A stretch of 63,703 bases of DNA, filler included, from Octopus bimaculoides (taxonomy: Eukaryota), in assembly GCF_001194135.2 (NCBI RefSeq). It is 5 parts of 3 records of this genome, joined end to end, with 100 filler letters (N's around TTAATTAATTAA, not from the genome) between each part and the next. Parts side by side here need not be neighbours in the genome. Positions count along the whole stretch, not along the records: positions 56,954 to 63,703 come from NC_068998.1; 4 more parts are not named here. One strand, given 5' to 3'. Below the pieces are notes generated by a model. That model saw nothing but the letters and a program-made list of their open reading frames with translations. It was not told the origin of the DNA and did no database searches. Every line of letters starts with the position of its first letter. The first letter of the stretch is position 1. Of the stretch, positions 63,670 through 63,703 are shown one piece after another. The position numbers and the translations under genes are program-made.

Positions 63670-63703
<34 letters not shown>

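Overview
AT-rich animal genomic DNA with many assembly gaps, dense microsatellites and decayed transposons. The repeat families look like those of Octopus (coleoid cephalopod); this is my recognition, not a database result. Three host genes, all on the + strand, are supported: the last coding exon of a glutamate carboxypeptidase II/NAALADase-family gene (1273-1486), the first six coding exons of CCDC151/ODAD3 (27203-35389), and three coding exons of holocytochrome c synthase HCCS (44065-49291). The 3' halves of CCDC151 and HCCS were not found. Four artificial 100-bp spacers (44 N + TTAATTAATTAA + 44 N) split the window, so adjacency across them is not guaranteed. The rest is SINEs, RTE/CR1/RLE-type LINEs, Penelope-like elements, a Gypsy remnant and Tc1/mariner/pogo fragments. 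Most ORF-track entries are microsatellite or gap artefacts. Best leads: (1) the homology-predicted donor of CCDC151 intron 5 reads ATAAGT instead of GTAAGT, which could be an A-to-I editing-created splice donor, a mutation or an error; (2) two minimal type-I hammerhead ribozyme motifs (40977-41031 +, 58345-58393 -); (3) four CP haem-regulatory motifs in the HCCS N-terminus; (4) a strong RFX X-box in a CCDC151 intron; (5) an unexplained CpG-rich structured island at about 56040-56750. No CRISPR, rRNA or intact tRNA gene was seen.
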